A stretch of 64,000 nt of DNA, from the NCBI GenBank assembly GCA_965228475.1, contig OZ245817.1, forward strand, positions 3,936,001 through 4,000,000, in the 5' to 3' direction. The translations under genes and the position numbers were made by a program. This DNA comes from Myxococcota bacterium. Lineage in GTDB: Bacteria; Myxococcota_A; UBA9160; JAFDDA01. Positions within the stretch are counted from its first letter, which is position 1, and each line of letters begins with the position of its first letter. The notes under the pieces are model-generated. The model saw only the letters and a program-made list of their open reading frames with translations. It was not told the DNA's origin and made no database searches. Positions 8,519 through 17,344 of the stretch are shown here, in pieces.

Positions 8519-9832
8519 ATGAAGAGCGCGACGATGGGTTCGCGACTCGAGGGTCTCGGCTTGGTGGCGGTGGTTGCCGCGGTGATGCTGCTGGCGATGC
8601 CGAATTCGGCGCATGCGACGGCAGACCCGCCGAATCCCTGCTTCAACAACACGATGATGTACATGTCGTTCTTCGTCGGCGACAGCTCCGACTCGGGCCC
8701 GACGCAGCTCGACCAGTGCTCGCCCGCGAGTGAAGAAGGTGGCGTCGGCCACAACATCTTCCGCGACACCACGAACCAGGCGGCGAACGCTCTCCGCTAC
8801 ACGTTCTACGGCCGCTACCTCGAGAACAACGAGCGCAGCCCGCTCCGCCAGTTCTATCGCCGCGGCGCGATCGACGAGCACTCGGCCGGCCACCTCGCGC
8901 ACTGGGGCAACGGCGAGAACGACCTGGCCGCCGGCTACACGCCGACGGAGACGACCGGCGAGTTCATCCAGCGCTGGCTCCAGCCGCTCCGCGACCACAA
9001 CGTCAGCACCTGGTTCAACACCTCGTGGACGAGCCCGCGCGATACGCACCGCCCGACGCGGTACGACTCGGACGTGTGGACGCTGACCTGGGGCGCCGAC
9101 ATGCCGATCCTGAACGACGACCTGCTCGTCGGCGTGTTCGGCTCGTACACGAACTCGGACGTCGACACGACCTTCAACAACGGCGACGTCGAGTCGAAGC
9201 TCGGAACGGTCGGTCCCTACTTCGTGTACACGCTGAACGACTACATCGGCTTCGACACCACGGTGGCGGGCATTTTCGGTCAGCAGGAGAACGTGGTCGG
9301 CTCGCCGGTCCCGGGCTTCCGCGATTCGCGCGGTGAGCAGGACGTCGACGGCTTCTTCGTCGCCATCAACGCGAACGCCAGCTACTGGATGGGCAACTGG
9401 GGCATCAACGGCCGCGTGGGCTTCCTCCACTCGGACGTCGAGACCGAGTCCTACGACCTCGGCCCGCAGCTGGGCGGCGGCGCGACGCCGAGCACCACGG
9501 TGCGCGTCCCCGGCACCAACAGCGAGCTCACCCAGATCGCCGTGGCGACCCAGTTCAACTACTTCATGGACCAGGGCATCCCGTTCTGTGAAGAGGTGAA
9601 GGCGATGCCGTTCGTGCGGGTCACCTGGAACTACGATCTCGACCACGAGAACATCCAGCTGCCGCGCGGCGTCTCGCAGCACCCGAACGACGACGACGAG
9701 GTGGTCGTGAACTGGGGCATGTCGCTGTTCGGCAACGGCCCCTTCTCGGGCTCCTTCGAAGCCGGCCGGACCTTCGCGCGCTCGCGCTTCGAGGCCTGGT
9801 CGGTGACGGGCACCCTCTCCTACGCATTCTGA
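8519..9832 (+). CDS. Outer-membrane beta-barrel protein, autotransporter-beta-like, with short N-terminal domain
   Basis: Signal peptide ending AHA; alternating amphipathic strands rich in Y/F/W/G/N; C-terminal TLSYAF (BAM beta-signal). Confidence 0.75.
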   Translation: MKSATMGSRLEGLGLVAVVAAVMLLAMPNSAHATADPPNPCFNNTMMYMSFFVGDSSDSGPTQLDQCSPASEEGGVGHNIFRDTTNQAANALRYTFYGRYLENNERSPLRQFYRRGAIDEHSAGHLAHWGNGENDLAAGYTPTETTGEFIQRWLQPLRDHNVSTWFNTSWTSPRDTHRPTRYDSDVWTLTWGADMPILNDDLLVGVFGSYTNSDVDTTFNNGDVESKLGTVGPYFVYTLNDYIGFDTTVAGIFGQQENVVGSPVPGFRDSRGEQDVDGFFVAINANASYWMGNWGINGRVGFLHSDVETESYDLGPQLGGGATPSTTVRVPGTNSELTQIAVATQFNYFMDQGIPFCEEVKAMPFVRVTWNYDLDHENIQLPRGVSQHPNDDDEVVVNWGMSLFGNGPFSGSFEAGRTFARSRFEAWSVTGTLSYAF

Positions 9833-9860
9833 TCTGTCCCGCGTAGGAGACCAGAGACCG

Positions 9861-9892
9861 AGGGCCCGCCGGCGACGGCGGGCCCTTTTTCT
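9861..9892 (+). terminator. Rho-independent terminator
   Basis: AGGGCCCGCCG-GCGA-CGGCGGGCCCT perfect 11-bp stem followed by TTTTCTT. Confidence 0.85.
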
Positions 9893-9908
9893 TGGCGCCG
9901 TCCTCACC

Positions 9909-10673
9909 GTGAGCCTCGGCCTCGGCGGCTGCGCCACGACGACGTCGCTCGGCCGCGCCGCATCGTCGGCGGAGGCGGCCGGGCTCGTGCGGAGCGAGGT
10001 CGATGCGGGACCGTTCGAGCTCCCCGTGTACCGGCGCGACGCGCCGCGGGCCTTCCGGCTCGTCGTGTACCTCGAAGGCGACGCACCCGCCTGGCGCGAA
10101 GGCGGCCAGGTCCGCACCACGCCTCCGCCGCCCGCCCCCCTCGCGCTCACGCTGGCGAGCCTCGACCCGGCGCCGGCCGTCGCGTGGCTCGGCCGCCCGT
10201 GCCAGGGCGTCGCGGCCGGAACCCGCGCCTGCGACGCCTCGGTCTGGACCCACGCGCGCTTCTCGGAACGCGTCGTCGATGCCCTGGACGAAGCCCTCGA
10301 CCGGCTGCGGCGCAGCTCCGGCGCGCGCGAGCTCGTGCTGGTCGGCTATTCCGGGGGCGGCGTGCTCGCGGCCCTGCTCGCGGCGCGGCGGGACGACGTC
10401 GTCCGCCTCGTCACGGTCTCCGCGCCGCTCGCCCTCGCGGCCTGGCGCGAACACCATGGGCTCGCCCCGCTCGATGCGGTGGACCCGGCAACGATCGAAG
10501 CCCCCCGGCTCGACGCCGTCGACCAACACCACCTGGTGGGCCTCGCGGACGAAGTCGTTCCCCCGATGATCCTCGAGCGGTACTGCGCGGCGCGCCGCGC
10601 CGCCCACCGCTGCAGCGTCGAACGCCACGCCACGGACCACTCGGGCTGGGCGCGGCTCTGGCCCCTTCGCTAG
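9909..10673 (+). CDS. Alpha/beta hydrolase lipoprotein (true start possibly CTG at 9834)
   Basis: GYSGG nucleophile elbow, VYLEGD, Asp (ADEVVP) and His (TDHSGW); lipobox LGGC. Confidence 0.8.
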   Translation: MSLGLGGCATTTSLGRAASSAEAAGLVRSEVDAGPFELPVYRRDAPRAFRLVVYLEGDAPAWREGGQVRTTPPPPAPLALTLASLDPAPAVAWLGRPCQGVAAGTRACDASVWTHARFSERVVDALDEALDRLRRSSGARELVLVGYSGGGVLAALLAARRDDVVRLVTVSAPLALAAWREHHGLAPLDAVDPATIEAPRLDAVDQHHLVGLADEVVPPMILERYCAARRAAHRCSVERHATDHSGWARLWPLR

Positions 10674-11713
10674 CCCCGGGCCTGGCGGCCCTGGGCCGCG
10701 TAGAAGATGCAGTCCTGGACCGCGATCTCCGCGTCGGTGGTCATCATGATCGGCACGAACGGACGGCGGGCCCGCACGTGCCCCGCATCGACCTCGAAGA
10801 GTTCGCGCGAGACCTCCGCGCCGTCGGCGCGCGTGGCCACGAAGGGCCACGGGCCGCCGCTGCGGACCCAGCCGAGGGAGTCTCCGGGAACGAGCGGCTC
10901 GAAGTTGTGGCGGTCGACGGCGGCATCGACGACGAGGTCGGCGCCCTCGTCCGGGCCCTCGCCGTAGCGAAGCACGAGGCCCGGCTGGAGACACACCCGC
11001 ACGGGGCTCCCGACCACCGTCATGGCGGGCGCTTGCGCGGGCTCGAGGGACTCCGCGAGAAGGAAGCGCTCGAGCCCGGCGCGCGCGATCTCGTCCGCCG
11101 CGGACGACCCGGCCCGCCCGCACTCGATGACGACGCTCGGGAGTTCCTCCTGCACCGCCTCGACGAGCGCCCCGAGGCGCAGATCGCTGTGGACGTAGCG
11201 CCCGGCGAAGAGCGAGGTCAGGGCCAGCCGCGCCGGGTCGTCGCGCGGTCCGACGCCGTAGGCGGGCGTATCGCCCGTCGTGTTGTGGAGGTCGACCAGG
11301 GCTTCGGAGGAGCGCTTGCGCACGTGCTCGAGCACGGCCTCGGCGAGCCCGCCCTCCTCCCCGGCGTAGGGGGGGCGGAAGCAGCGGTTCAGATCCGCGT
11401 GGCCGAACAGGACGCGGTGCCCGAAGACCGGCGGCGTGAGCGCCGCCTCGACGGACGCGATGAAGAAGCTCGTATCGACGGCCGGCGTCGCGCCGGAGCG
11501 CAGCCACGCGAGGATGGCGCGCGTGCCCGAGGGTTCGTTCCCGTGCAGGAGCGTCGACACCGTGCGGTGCCGGCTCGGGTCCCGCCCCGGCTGGTCGATC
11601 CAGGTCGGACCGGTCAGCGAGCGCAGGAACGCCTCGGCATCGGCGGGCCAGCTCTCGGGGGCGGGCGCCGATCGCGTGTGCAGTTTCAGGGTCGGAACGG
11701 CAGCGGTGGTCAC
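10670..11713 (-). CDS. Succinylglutamate desuccinylase/aspartoacylase (M14-like zinc hydrolase) family protein
   Basis: HGNE, DLNRCF, VDLHNT and IECG motifs; GTG start at 11713 is approximate. Confidence 0.85.
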   Translation of the reverse strand: MTTAAVPTLKLHTRSAPAPESWPADAEAFLRSLTGPTWIDQPGRDPSRHRTVSTLLHGNEPSGTRAILAWLRSGATPAVDTSFFIASVEAALTPPVFGHRVLFGHADLNRCFRPPYAGEEGGLAEAVLEHVRKRSSEALVDLHNTTGDTPAYGVGPRDDPARLALTSLFAGRYVHSDLRLGALVEAVQEELPSVVIECGRAGSSAADEIARAGLERFLLAESLEPAQAPAMTVVGSPVRVCLQPGLVLRYGEGPDEGADLVVDAAVDRHNFEPLVPGDSLGWVRSGGPWPFVATRADGAEVSRELFEVDAGHVRARRPFVPIMMTTDAEIAVQDCIFYAAQGRQARG

Positions 11714-11730
11714 GGTGAGGAAGGCGGAGG

Positions 11731-12603
11731 CTAGCGCGGCGACCGGAAGGTGACGATCCAGGCGGCGTAGGGCGCGCGCACCCCGTCCTCGCCGAGCCAG
11801 GGGCGGACGGCCTCGGCGGCGCGCTCGACGGCGCGGCGGCGGAGCTCCGGCCCGGCGCCGGCCTCGCGCAGGGCACGCGCGGCCGGGCCGAGCTCGATCA
11901 AGAACTCCCCGGCCTCCTCGACGGTCCGGGCACCGCCGACGTGAAGCCGGCCCTCGAGGGCCTCGGCCCGGGGCGCCTCGAAGCCCGCGGCGAGCAGGAT
12001 GGAGCGGACGCGGTCCGCATCGGCAAAGGAGAAGGGGCCCGGCGCTTCCGGCGGCGGGGGCGGCGGCATCGGGACGAGCTCCGCCACCGCCGCGGCGGGC
12101 TCGGCCATCCACGGGTTGAGCGCCATCGGCTGCCAGCAGAGGAAGCCGCCGCGCGCCCCCGGGGCAAGGGCCGATCGCAGGTTGCGGAAGGCCTCCTCCG
12201 GGGACGCGAAGAACATCACCCCGAAGCGCGAGAGCAGGACGTCGAAGGAGTCCGGCTCGAAGCGCTGGGTCTGGGCGTCGCCCATCTGGAACCGGACCGC
12301 CTCGAGCCCTGCCCGGGCCGCGCGCTCCCGGGCGCGTGCCAACATCGGCTCGCTCACGTCGAGGCCGAGCACGCTCCCGCCCGGCGCGACGGCCTCGGCC
12401 GCCGCAAGGGAACTTTCGCCACAGCCGCAGCCGACGTCGAGGACACGCTCCCCCGGCGCGAGATCGATGCGCTCGAGAAGAGCCCTTCCGAGCGGACCGA
12501 GCTGGGCGTCGAGCCCCTCCTGGAGCGCCACCCAGCGCGGCCCCGCCTGCGAATTCCAGTAGGCCCTCTGTTCGGAATTGTCCGCTGCCGGCGGGGCGCT
12601 CAT
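11731..12603 (-). CDS. Class I SAM-dependent methyltransferase
   Basis: VLDVGCGCG, GLDVSEPML, FDVLLSRFGVMFF; GAGGAG RBS before ATG at 12603. Confidence 0.9.
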   Translation of the reverse strand: MSAPPAADNSEQRAYWNSQAGPRWVALQEGLDAQLGPLGRALLERIDLAPGERVLDVGCGCGESSLAAAEAVAPGGSVLGLDVSEPMLARARERAARAGLEAVRFQMGDAQTQRFEPDSFDVLLSRFGVMFFASPEEAFRNLRSALAPGARGGFLCWQPMALNPWMAEPAAAVAELVPMPPPPPPEAPGPFSFADADRVRSILLAAGFEAPRAEALEGRLHVGGARTVEEAGEFLIELGPAARALREAGAGPELRRRAVERAAEAVRPWLGEDGVRAPYAAWIVTFRSPR

Positions 12604-12799
12604 GGGGCCTCCTCGGGGACTCGCCGCGATCCTGCCTCGGCTCCGGGGGGTGCGCCAGCGCACGCGGGCATCCGGGCGGGCGGCCGATCGCTTCCGAGGG
12701 TGGAACCGGTCCGGGTGGGACGCGGATGGGCCCGGCTTCCCCTGCGAGACCCCGAAAGCGGCGTTAGATTCCCACTCCGTCCCACGGTTGCGGAAGGAC

Positions 12800-13924
12800 A
12801 TGCGCTCGACCTCAGAAAGACGCCGCTCGACGCTCTTCGCCGCTCCGCTTGCGGTGCTCCTCGTCGCCCTGGTCTCCGGTTGCGTCGGCAACCGGCCGCG
12901 CTGGGAAGAACTCACGCCGGCCCCGCGCCCGGAAGTGGTCCGCGTGGACGATCTGCTGCGCGTGCGCTGGCCCGCCTCCTTCGCCCTCGGACCCGTCCAG
13001 ATCTTCGCGAGCCCGAAGCCCGACGAGTTCGACCGCGAGCAGCCCGTCGCCCGCACGCGCGCGCTGGCGACCGCCGCGACCATCGAAGGCCTCGACCCGA
13101 CGCGGCGCTTCTACTTCGAACTCGTCCCCGAATCCGGCGCGACGCCGCGCGTCGTCGCCGAGCGCCGGCTCCCGCTGGCCGGGGGCGACAACTTCCGCGA
13201 CATCGGCGGCTACTCGACCGAAGACGGCCACGTCGTGCGCTGGGGCCTGCTCTACCGCTCGAACAACCTCGCGGAACTCTCGCGGGACGACCTCCGCTAC
13301 CTCTCCCGCCTGCGTGTGCGCCTGGTGTGCGACTTCCGTTCGGAGCCCGAGCGCGTGCGCGACCCGAGCCGGACGGCCGGAGAGAAGCCCGCCACCGAGG
13401 AGCTCTCGATTTCGAGCGAAGGCCTCGACCCGCGCTCGATGCAGGAGCGGATCCGCACCGGCATCACGAAGGACGAGCTCGAAGAGATCATGATCAAGTC
13501 CTACCAGGGCTTCGTGACCCACCACAGCGATCAGTGGGCCACGATGTTCGAGCGCATCTTGAAGCCCGGGAACCTGCCGACCATCGTGCATTGCACGGCG
13601 GGCAAGGACCGCACCGGCTTCGCCTCGGCCATGGTGCTCGCCGCCCTCGGCGTGCCGGAGAAGACGATCTTCGAGGACTACATGGCCACGAACAAGTACC
13701 GCGCCGGGGGCTACCGCTGGATCAAGCGGGCGGTGCCGATCTACTCGCTCTTCCGCACCCGGGGCCAGGATCTCGATGCCCTCATCGAGGCGCGGCGCCC
13801 CTACCTGCAGGCCTCCTTCGACGTGATCAACGAGCAGTACGGCTCGGTCGACGCCTACCTCGAGCAGCGTCTCGGCCTGACCCCGGACAAGCGGGAGCAG
13901 CTCCGCCAGACCTTCCTCCAGTGA
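12800..13924 (+). CDS. Tyrosine-protein phosphatase (IphP/MptpB-like) lipoprotein
   Basis: NFRDIGGY and HCTAGKDRTG active site; lipobox VSGC. Confidence 0.9.
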   Translation: MRSTSERRRSTLFAAPLAVLLVALVSGCVGNRPRWEELTPAPRPEVVRVDDLLRVRWPASFALGPVQIFASPKPDEFDREQPVARTRALATAATIEGLDPTRRFYFELVPESGATPRVVAERRLPLAGGDNFRDIGGYSTEDGHVVRWGLLYRSNNLAELSRDDLRYLSRLRVRLVCDFRSEPERVRDPSRTAGEKPATEELSISSEGLDPRSMQERIRTGITKDELEEIMIKSYQGFVTHHSDQWATMFERILKPGNLPTIVHCTAGKDRTGFASAMVLAALGVPEKTIFEDYMATNKYRAGGYRWIKRAVPIYSLFRTRGQDLDALIEARRPYLQASFDVINEQYGSVDAYLEQRLGLTPDKREQLRQTFLQ

Positions 13925-15777
13925 CCGGGGAAGAGAGCCCGACCGCCGTCTACGCGGAGCGTCTGGCCCACTGGCACGGCGAAGGCGAGGGCCTGGCCCG
14001 CGTGGCGAGCCTCTTCTCGAACGCGCGCCTCGCGGTCTTCTTCGTCCTCGTCGTCCTGGCCTGGTTCACCCTCGGCGTCCGGACCCTTCACCCGGGCTGG
14101 CTCGCGCCGGCGGCCCTCGGCTTCGTGGCCCTGGTGGTCGGCCACGATCGCGTGCTTCGACGCAAGGAACATGCGGAGCGCGCGGCCCGCTACTACGCGG
14201 CCGGGCTGGCCCGCATCGCCGACCCGCTCGACCCGGCTGGCTCGGGGCCCGACGGTGCGGGCTTCCTCGATGCCGAGCACCCCTACGCCCCGGACCTCGA
14301 CCTGTTCGGCCCGGCTTCGCTGTTCGCCCTGCTCTGCCGCGCCCGCTCGCGCGCCGGGCGCGAGACCCTCGCGGCCTGGCTTTGCGAGCCGGCCGATCCC
14401 GAGACCCTGCGCGAACGGCAGCGCGCCGTCGCCGAACTCGCCCGCGACCTCGACTTCCGCGAGTCCCTGGCGCTGATCGACGTCGGGGGCGACGACGCGG
14501 AGACGGCCTTCGCCGTCGACCGCTTCGTGGCGTTCTGCAAGGCGCCCGCGATCGGCCCCACCCGCTTCCTTCGCATCTTCGGCGCGCTGCTCTCGCTGGC
14601 CTCGGTGCTCGCGCTCGCGGGCGGCGCGGTGGCCTTCGGAACGGGCGCACTCGGGTTCGCTTCTCCGCTGCTCGCGGCCCAGGCCATCTTCTTCGCCTGG
14701 CTCGGCGGGCGGCGGCGCGCGGTCCTCTCCTCCGTCGAAAAAGCCACGGGAGATCTCTCGCCGCTCGCGAAGCTCGTCGAGCGGCTCGAGGACGCGCGCT
14801 TCGAGAGCCCGCTGCTCGTCGCCCTGCGCGATCGGATCGAGACCGGGGGCGTCCCGGCCTCCCGACAGCTCGCGCGCCTGCGCCGGGCCATCGATCTGTG
14901 CGACGCGCGGCGCAACCAGATGTACTGGGTGCCGCCGATCGGGCCGCTGCTCGGCCTCGTCACCCAGGCCGCCCTCTCCATCGAGGCCTGGCGCGCCCGG
15001 GCCGGCGCGGACGCGGCGGACTGGATCCGCGTGATCGGGGAGCTCGAAGCCCTCTCCTGCCTCGCCACCCAGGCCTACGAGCATCCGGCGGATCGCTTTC
15101 CCGAGATCGTGGAGCGCGGCGCCGTCTTCGAGGCCGAGGGGCTCGGCCACCCCCTGCTCGCCGAGGAAGCGAGCATCCGCAACGGCGTGCACCTGTGCGC
15201 CGGCGCCGGGGACGGGGAAGCGGGGAACGAACCGGCCGTCCTGGTCGTTTCGGGCTCGAACATGTCGGGCAAGAGCACGCTGCTTCGCTCCGTCGGCACC
15301 AACGCCGTCCTCGCCCTCGCCGGCGGGCCCGTGCGCGCCACGCGGCTGCGGATCAGCCCGCTCCACGTCGGCGCCTCGATCCGCGTCCAAGACTCCCTGC
15401 GCGAGGGCGCCTCGCGCTTCTACGCGGAGATCCGCCGCATCGCCCAGGTCGTCGAGGCGACCGAGGGCGAGCAGCCCGTCCTGTTCCTGCTCGACGAGAT
15501 CTTCCACGGCACGAACTCGCACGACCGGCGGATCGGGGCCGAGGCGATCGTCCGACGGCTCGTCGCCCAGAACGCGATCGGCCTGGTGACCACCCACGAT
15601 CTCGCGCTCGCCAAACTCGCGGACGGACTCGCTCCCCGCGTCCGCAACGTGCACTTCGAAGATCAGCTCGTCGAAGGCCGCATCCACTTCGACTACCAGA
15701 TGCGGGAAGGCGTGATCACGCGGAGCAACGCGCTCGCCCTGATGCGCGCCGTGGGCCTCGACGTCCCGGACGCCTGA
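13921..15777 (+). CDS. Membrane-anchored MutS-family ATPase (domain V only; not mismatch-repair MutS1)
   Basis: GSNMSGKST Walker A, SRFYAE, LLDEIFHGTNS, VTTHD; hydrophobic N-terminal helices; GTGA overlap with the phosphatase gene. Confidence 0.88.
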   Translation: MTGEESPTAVYAERLAHWHGEGEGLARVASLFSNARLAVFFVLVVLAWFTLGVRTLHPGWLAPAALGFVALVVGHDRVLRRKEHAERAARYYAAGLARIADPLDPAGSGPDGAGFLDAEHPYAPDLDLFGPASLFALLCRARSRAGRETLAAWLCEPADPETLRERQRAVAELARDLDFRESLALIDVGGDDAETAFAVDRFVAFCKAPAIGPTRFLRIFGALLSLASVLALAGGAVAFGTGALGFASPLLAAQAIFFAWLGGRRRAVLSSVEKATGDLSPLAKLVERLEDARFESPLLVALRDRIETGGVPASRQLARLRRAIDLCDARRNQMYWVPPIGPLLGLVTQAALSIEAWRARAGADAADWIRVIGELEALSCLATQAYEHPADRFPEIVERGAVFEAEGLGHPLLAEEASIRNGVHLCAGAGDGEAGNEPAVLVVSGSNMSGKSTLLRSVGTNAVLALAGGPVRATRLRISPLHVGASIRVQDSLREGASRFYAEIRRIAQVVEATEGEQPVLFLLDEIFHGTNSHDRRIGAEAIVRRLVAQNAIGLVTTHDLALAKLADGLAPRVRNVHFEDQLVEGRIHFDYQMREGVITRSNALALMRAVGLDVPDA

Positions 15778-15838
15778 GGGCCACACGCCCGAGAGGCACC
15801 CGGCGCCCTCGCGCGCGCTCTGCTACTCACGCTGTCGC

Positions 15839-16729
15839 ATGAGAGCCTTCACGAAGCCGGCCGCCCTGCTCCTGCTCGGGTCCCTCGTGGCGTGCGCCGG
15901 CTCGCCGCCGCCCCGCTTCGTCCCCTACGACACCCCGCTCTCGTGGGAGGCCCTCGAGCCGGAGAGCGGCGCGCCGGTCTACCTCCTGGGCTCGATCCAC
16001 ATCGGCACGCCGGACATGGGCAAGCTCCATCCGGCGATCCACGAAGCCTACGAACGGTCGAGCGAGCTGGTCGTCGAGGTCGATCTCAACCGGAACCGCG
16101 ACGCCATGGCCGCGATCTACGCGAAGCGGGCCTACCTGCCGCCGGGCGAGCGGCTGCCCGATCGCGTTTCCGCCGAGACCTGGACCCGGCTGCGCGCCTG
16201 GCTCGCCGAACGCGGCCTCGAGACCGAACCCTACACGCGGCTCAAGCCCTGGGCCGTGATGCTGCGGCTCGCGGGCATGCAGTTCGAGGACTCCGGCTTT
16301 CCGACCCGCTACGGCGTCGACCGGCGCTTTCTCTCGAACGCCGGGCCGCGGCCGATCGTCGCCCTCGAGAGCTACGAGCTCCAGCTCGACCTCTACGACG
16401 GATTCCCCGACGACGTCCAGGAGATGATGCTCCGGGACTTCCTCGAACCCGAAGACCCCTACCAGACCCAGGCGCTCGTCGATGCCTGGCGCCAGGGCGA
16501 CGAGCGCACCTTCGTGCGGCTCCTGTTCCCCGAAGCGGACCGCTGGGAGGTCTACCGCGAGCGCTTCTTCTACGAGCGCAACGAGAACATGGCGCGGCGG
16601 ATCACCGAGCTCGCGCGCGACGGGCGCAGCCGCTTCGTCGTGCTCGGCGTGGGCCACATGGTCGGGCCCCGGGGCATCCCGGCCCTGCTCTCGGAGCACG
16701 GCTTCGAGGTCCGGCGCGTCACGCCGTAG
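15839..16729 (+). CDS. TraB/GumN family lipoprotein
   Basis: YLLGSIH, GVD, LES, ERNENM and GVGHM motifs; lipobox LVAC. Confidence 0.88.
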   Translation: MRAFTKPAALLLLGSLVACAGSPPPRFVPYDTPLSWEALEPESGAPVYLLGSIHIGTPDMGKLHPAIHEAYERSSELVVEVDLNRNRDAMAAIYAKRAYLPPGERLPDRVSAETWTRLRAWLAERGLETEPYTRLKPWAVMLRLAGMQFEDSGFPTRYGVDRRFLSNAGPRPIVALESYELQLDLYDGFPDDVQEMMLRDFLEPEDPYQTQALVDAWRQGDERTFVRLLFPEADRWEVYRERFFYERNENMARRITELARDGRSRFVVLGVGHMVGPRGIPALLSEHGFEVRRVTP

Positions 16730-16750
16730 CCGCGCTCCTGCGAGCTCGTC

Positions 16751-17344
16751 CTAGGGAAGACGCGCGATTGCTTCGCCGAAGCGTCCGTAGATGCTCGCCA
16801 GGGCTCGGCCGAACGCATCGACGGTCGCATCCATCGACGCGTCCGCGGCGGCCTCGCGAACCTCGTAGCGCTCGCTCAGCCGGACCTCCCGCGTATCGAG
16901 ATCGCGCAGCGTGAGTTCGACTTCGACGACGGCGCGGGCCGAGCCTCCGCCGGCGACGCGCTCGAAGCGGTAGAGGTACCCGGAGACGCGATGGCGGGCG
17001 TCGGCGCGCACTTCGGGCAGGACCGCGCGCTCCGCGTGGCCGCCCTCGCGCAGGAAGGTGGCGAGGCTCTGCTGCACCAGGGTCGCGGGCGGATCGGACC
17101 AGAAGTGGTAGGCCGACTTCTCGAGCCGGCCCTCGCGGCCGGCATCCGCCGAGACGATGGCCCGGCCGCGCAGGACGGCACTCGCCTCGAGGCGCGAGAC
17201 GACGACGGTTCCGGACAGCGCGGCTTCGCTGCGTTCCGCCGGCGCCGGCACCGCGAGCCGATGGAAGGCATCCCGCGGCGGCGGCGACCCGGCACAGGAA
17301 ACGAGCCCCATCGCCAGGGCGAGCGCTGCGAACCCCCTCGTCAC
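16751..17344 (-). CDS. ABC-transport auxiliary outer-membrane lipoprotein (PqiC-like)
   Basis: Lipobox LVSC, W-x-D-P-P motif; last gene of the MCE operon. Confidence 0.8.
   Translation of the reverse strand: MTRGFAALALAMGLVSCAGSPPPRDAFHRLAVPAPAERSEAALSGTVVVSRLEASAVLRGRAIVSADAGREGRLEKSAYHFWSDPPATLVQQSLATFLREGGHAERAVLPEVRADARHRVSGYLYRFERVAGGGSARAVVEVELTLRDLDTREVRLSERYEVREAAADASMDATVDAFGRALASIYGRFGEAIARLP

Noticed and set aside
13921..15777. Calling this gene mismatch-repair mutS or mutS2
   Set aside because: It has no mismatch-binding or Smr domain and has transmembrane helices.
15839..16729. Conjugation or mobile-element interpretation of the TraB/GumN gene
   Set aside because: This family is a widespread chromosomal metalloprotein family, and no relaxase, T4SS or integrase genes are present.
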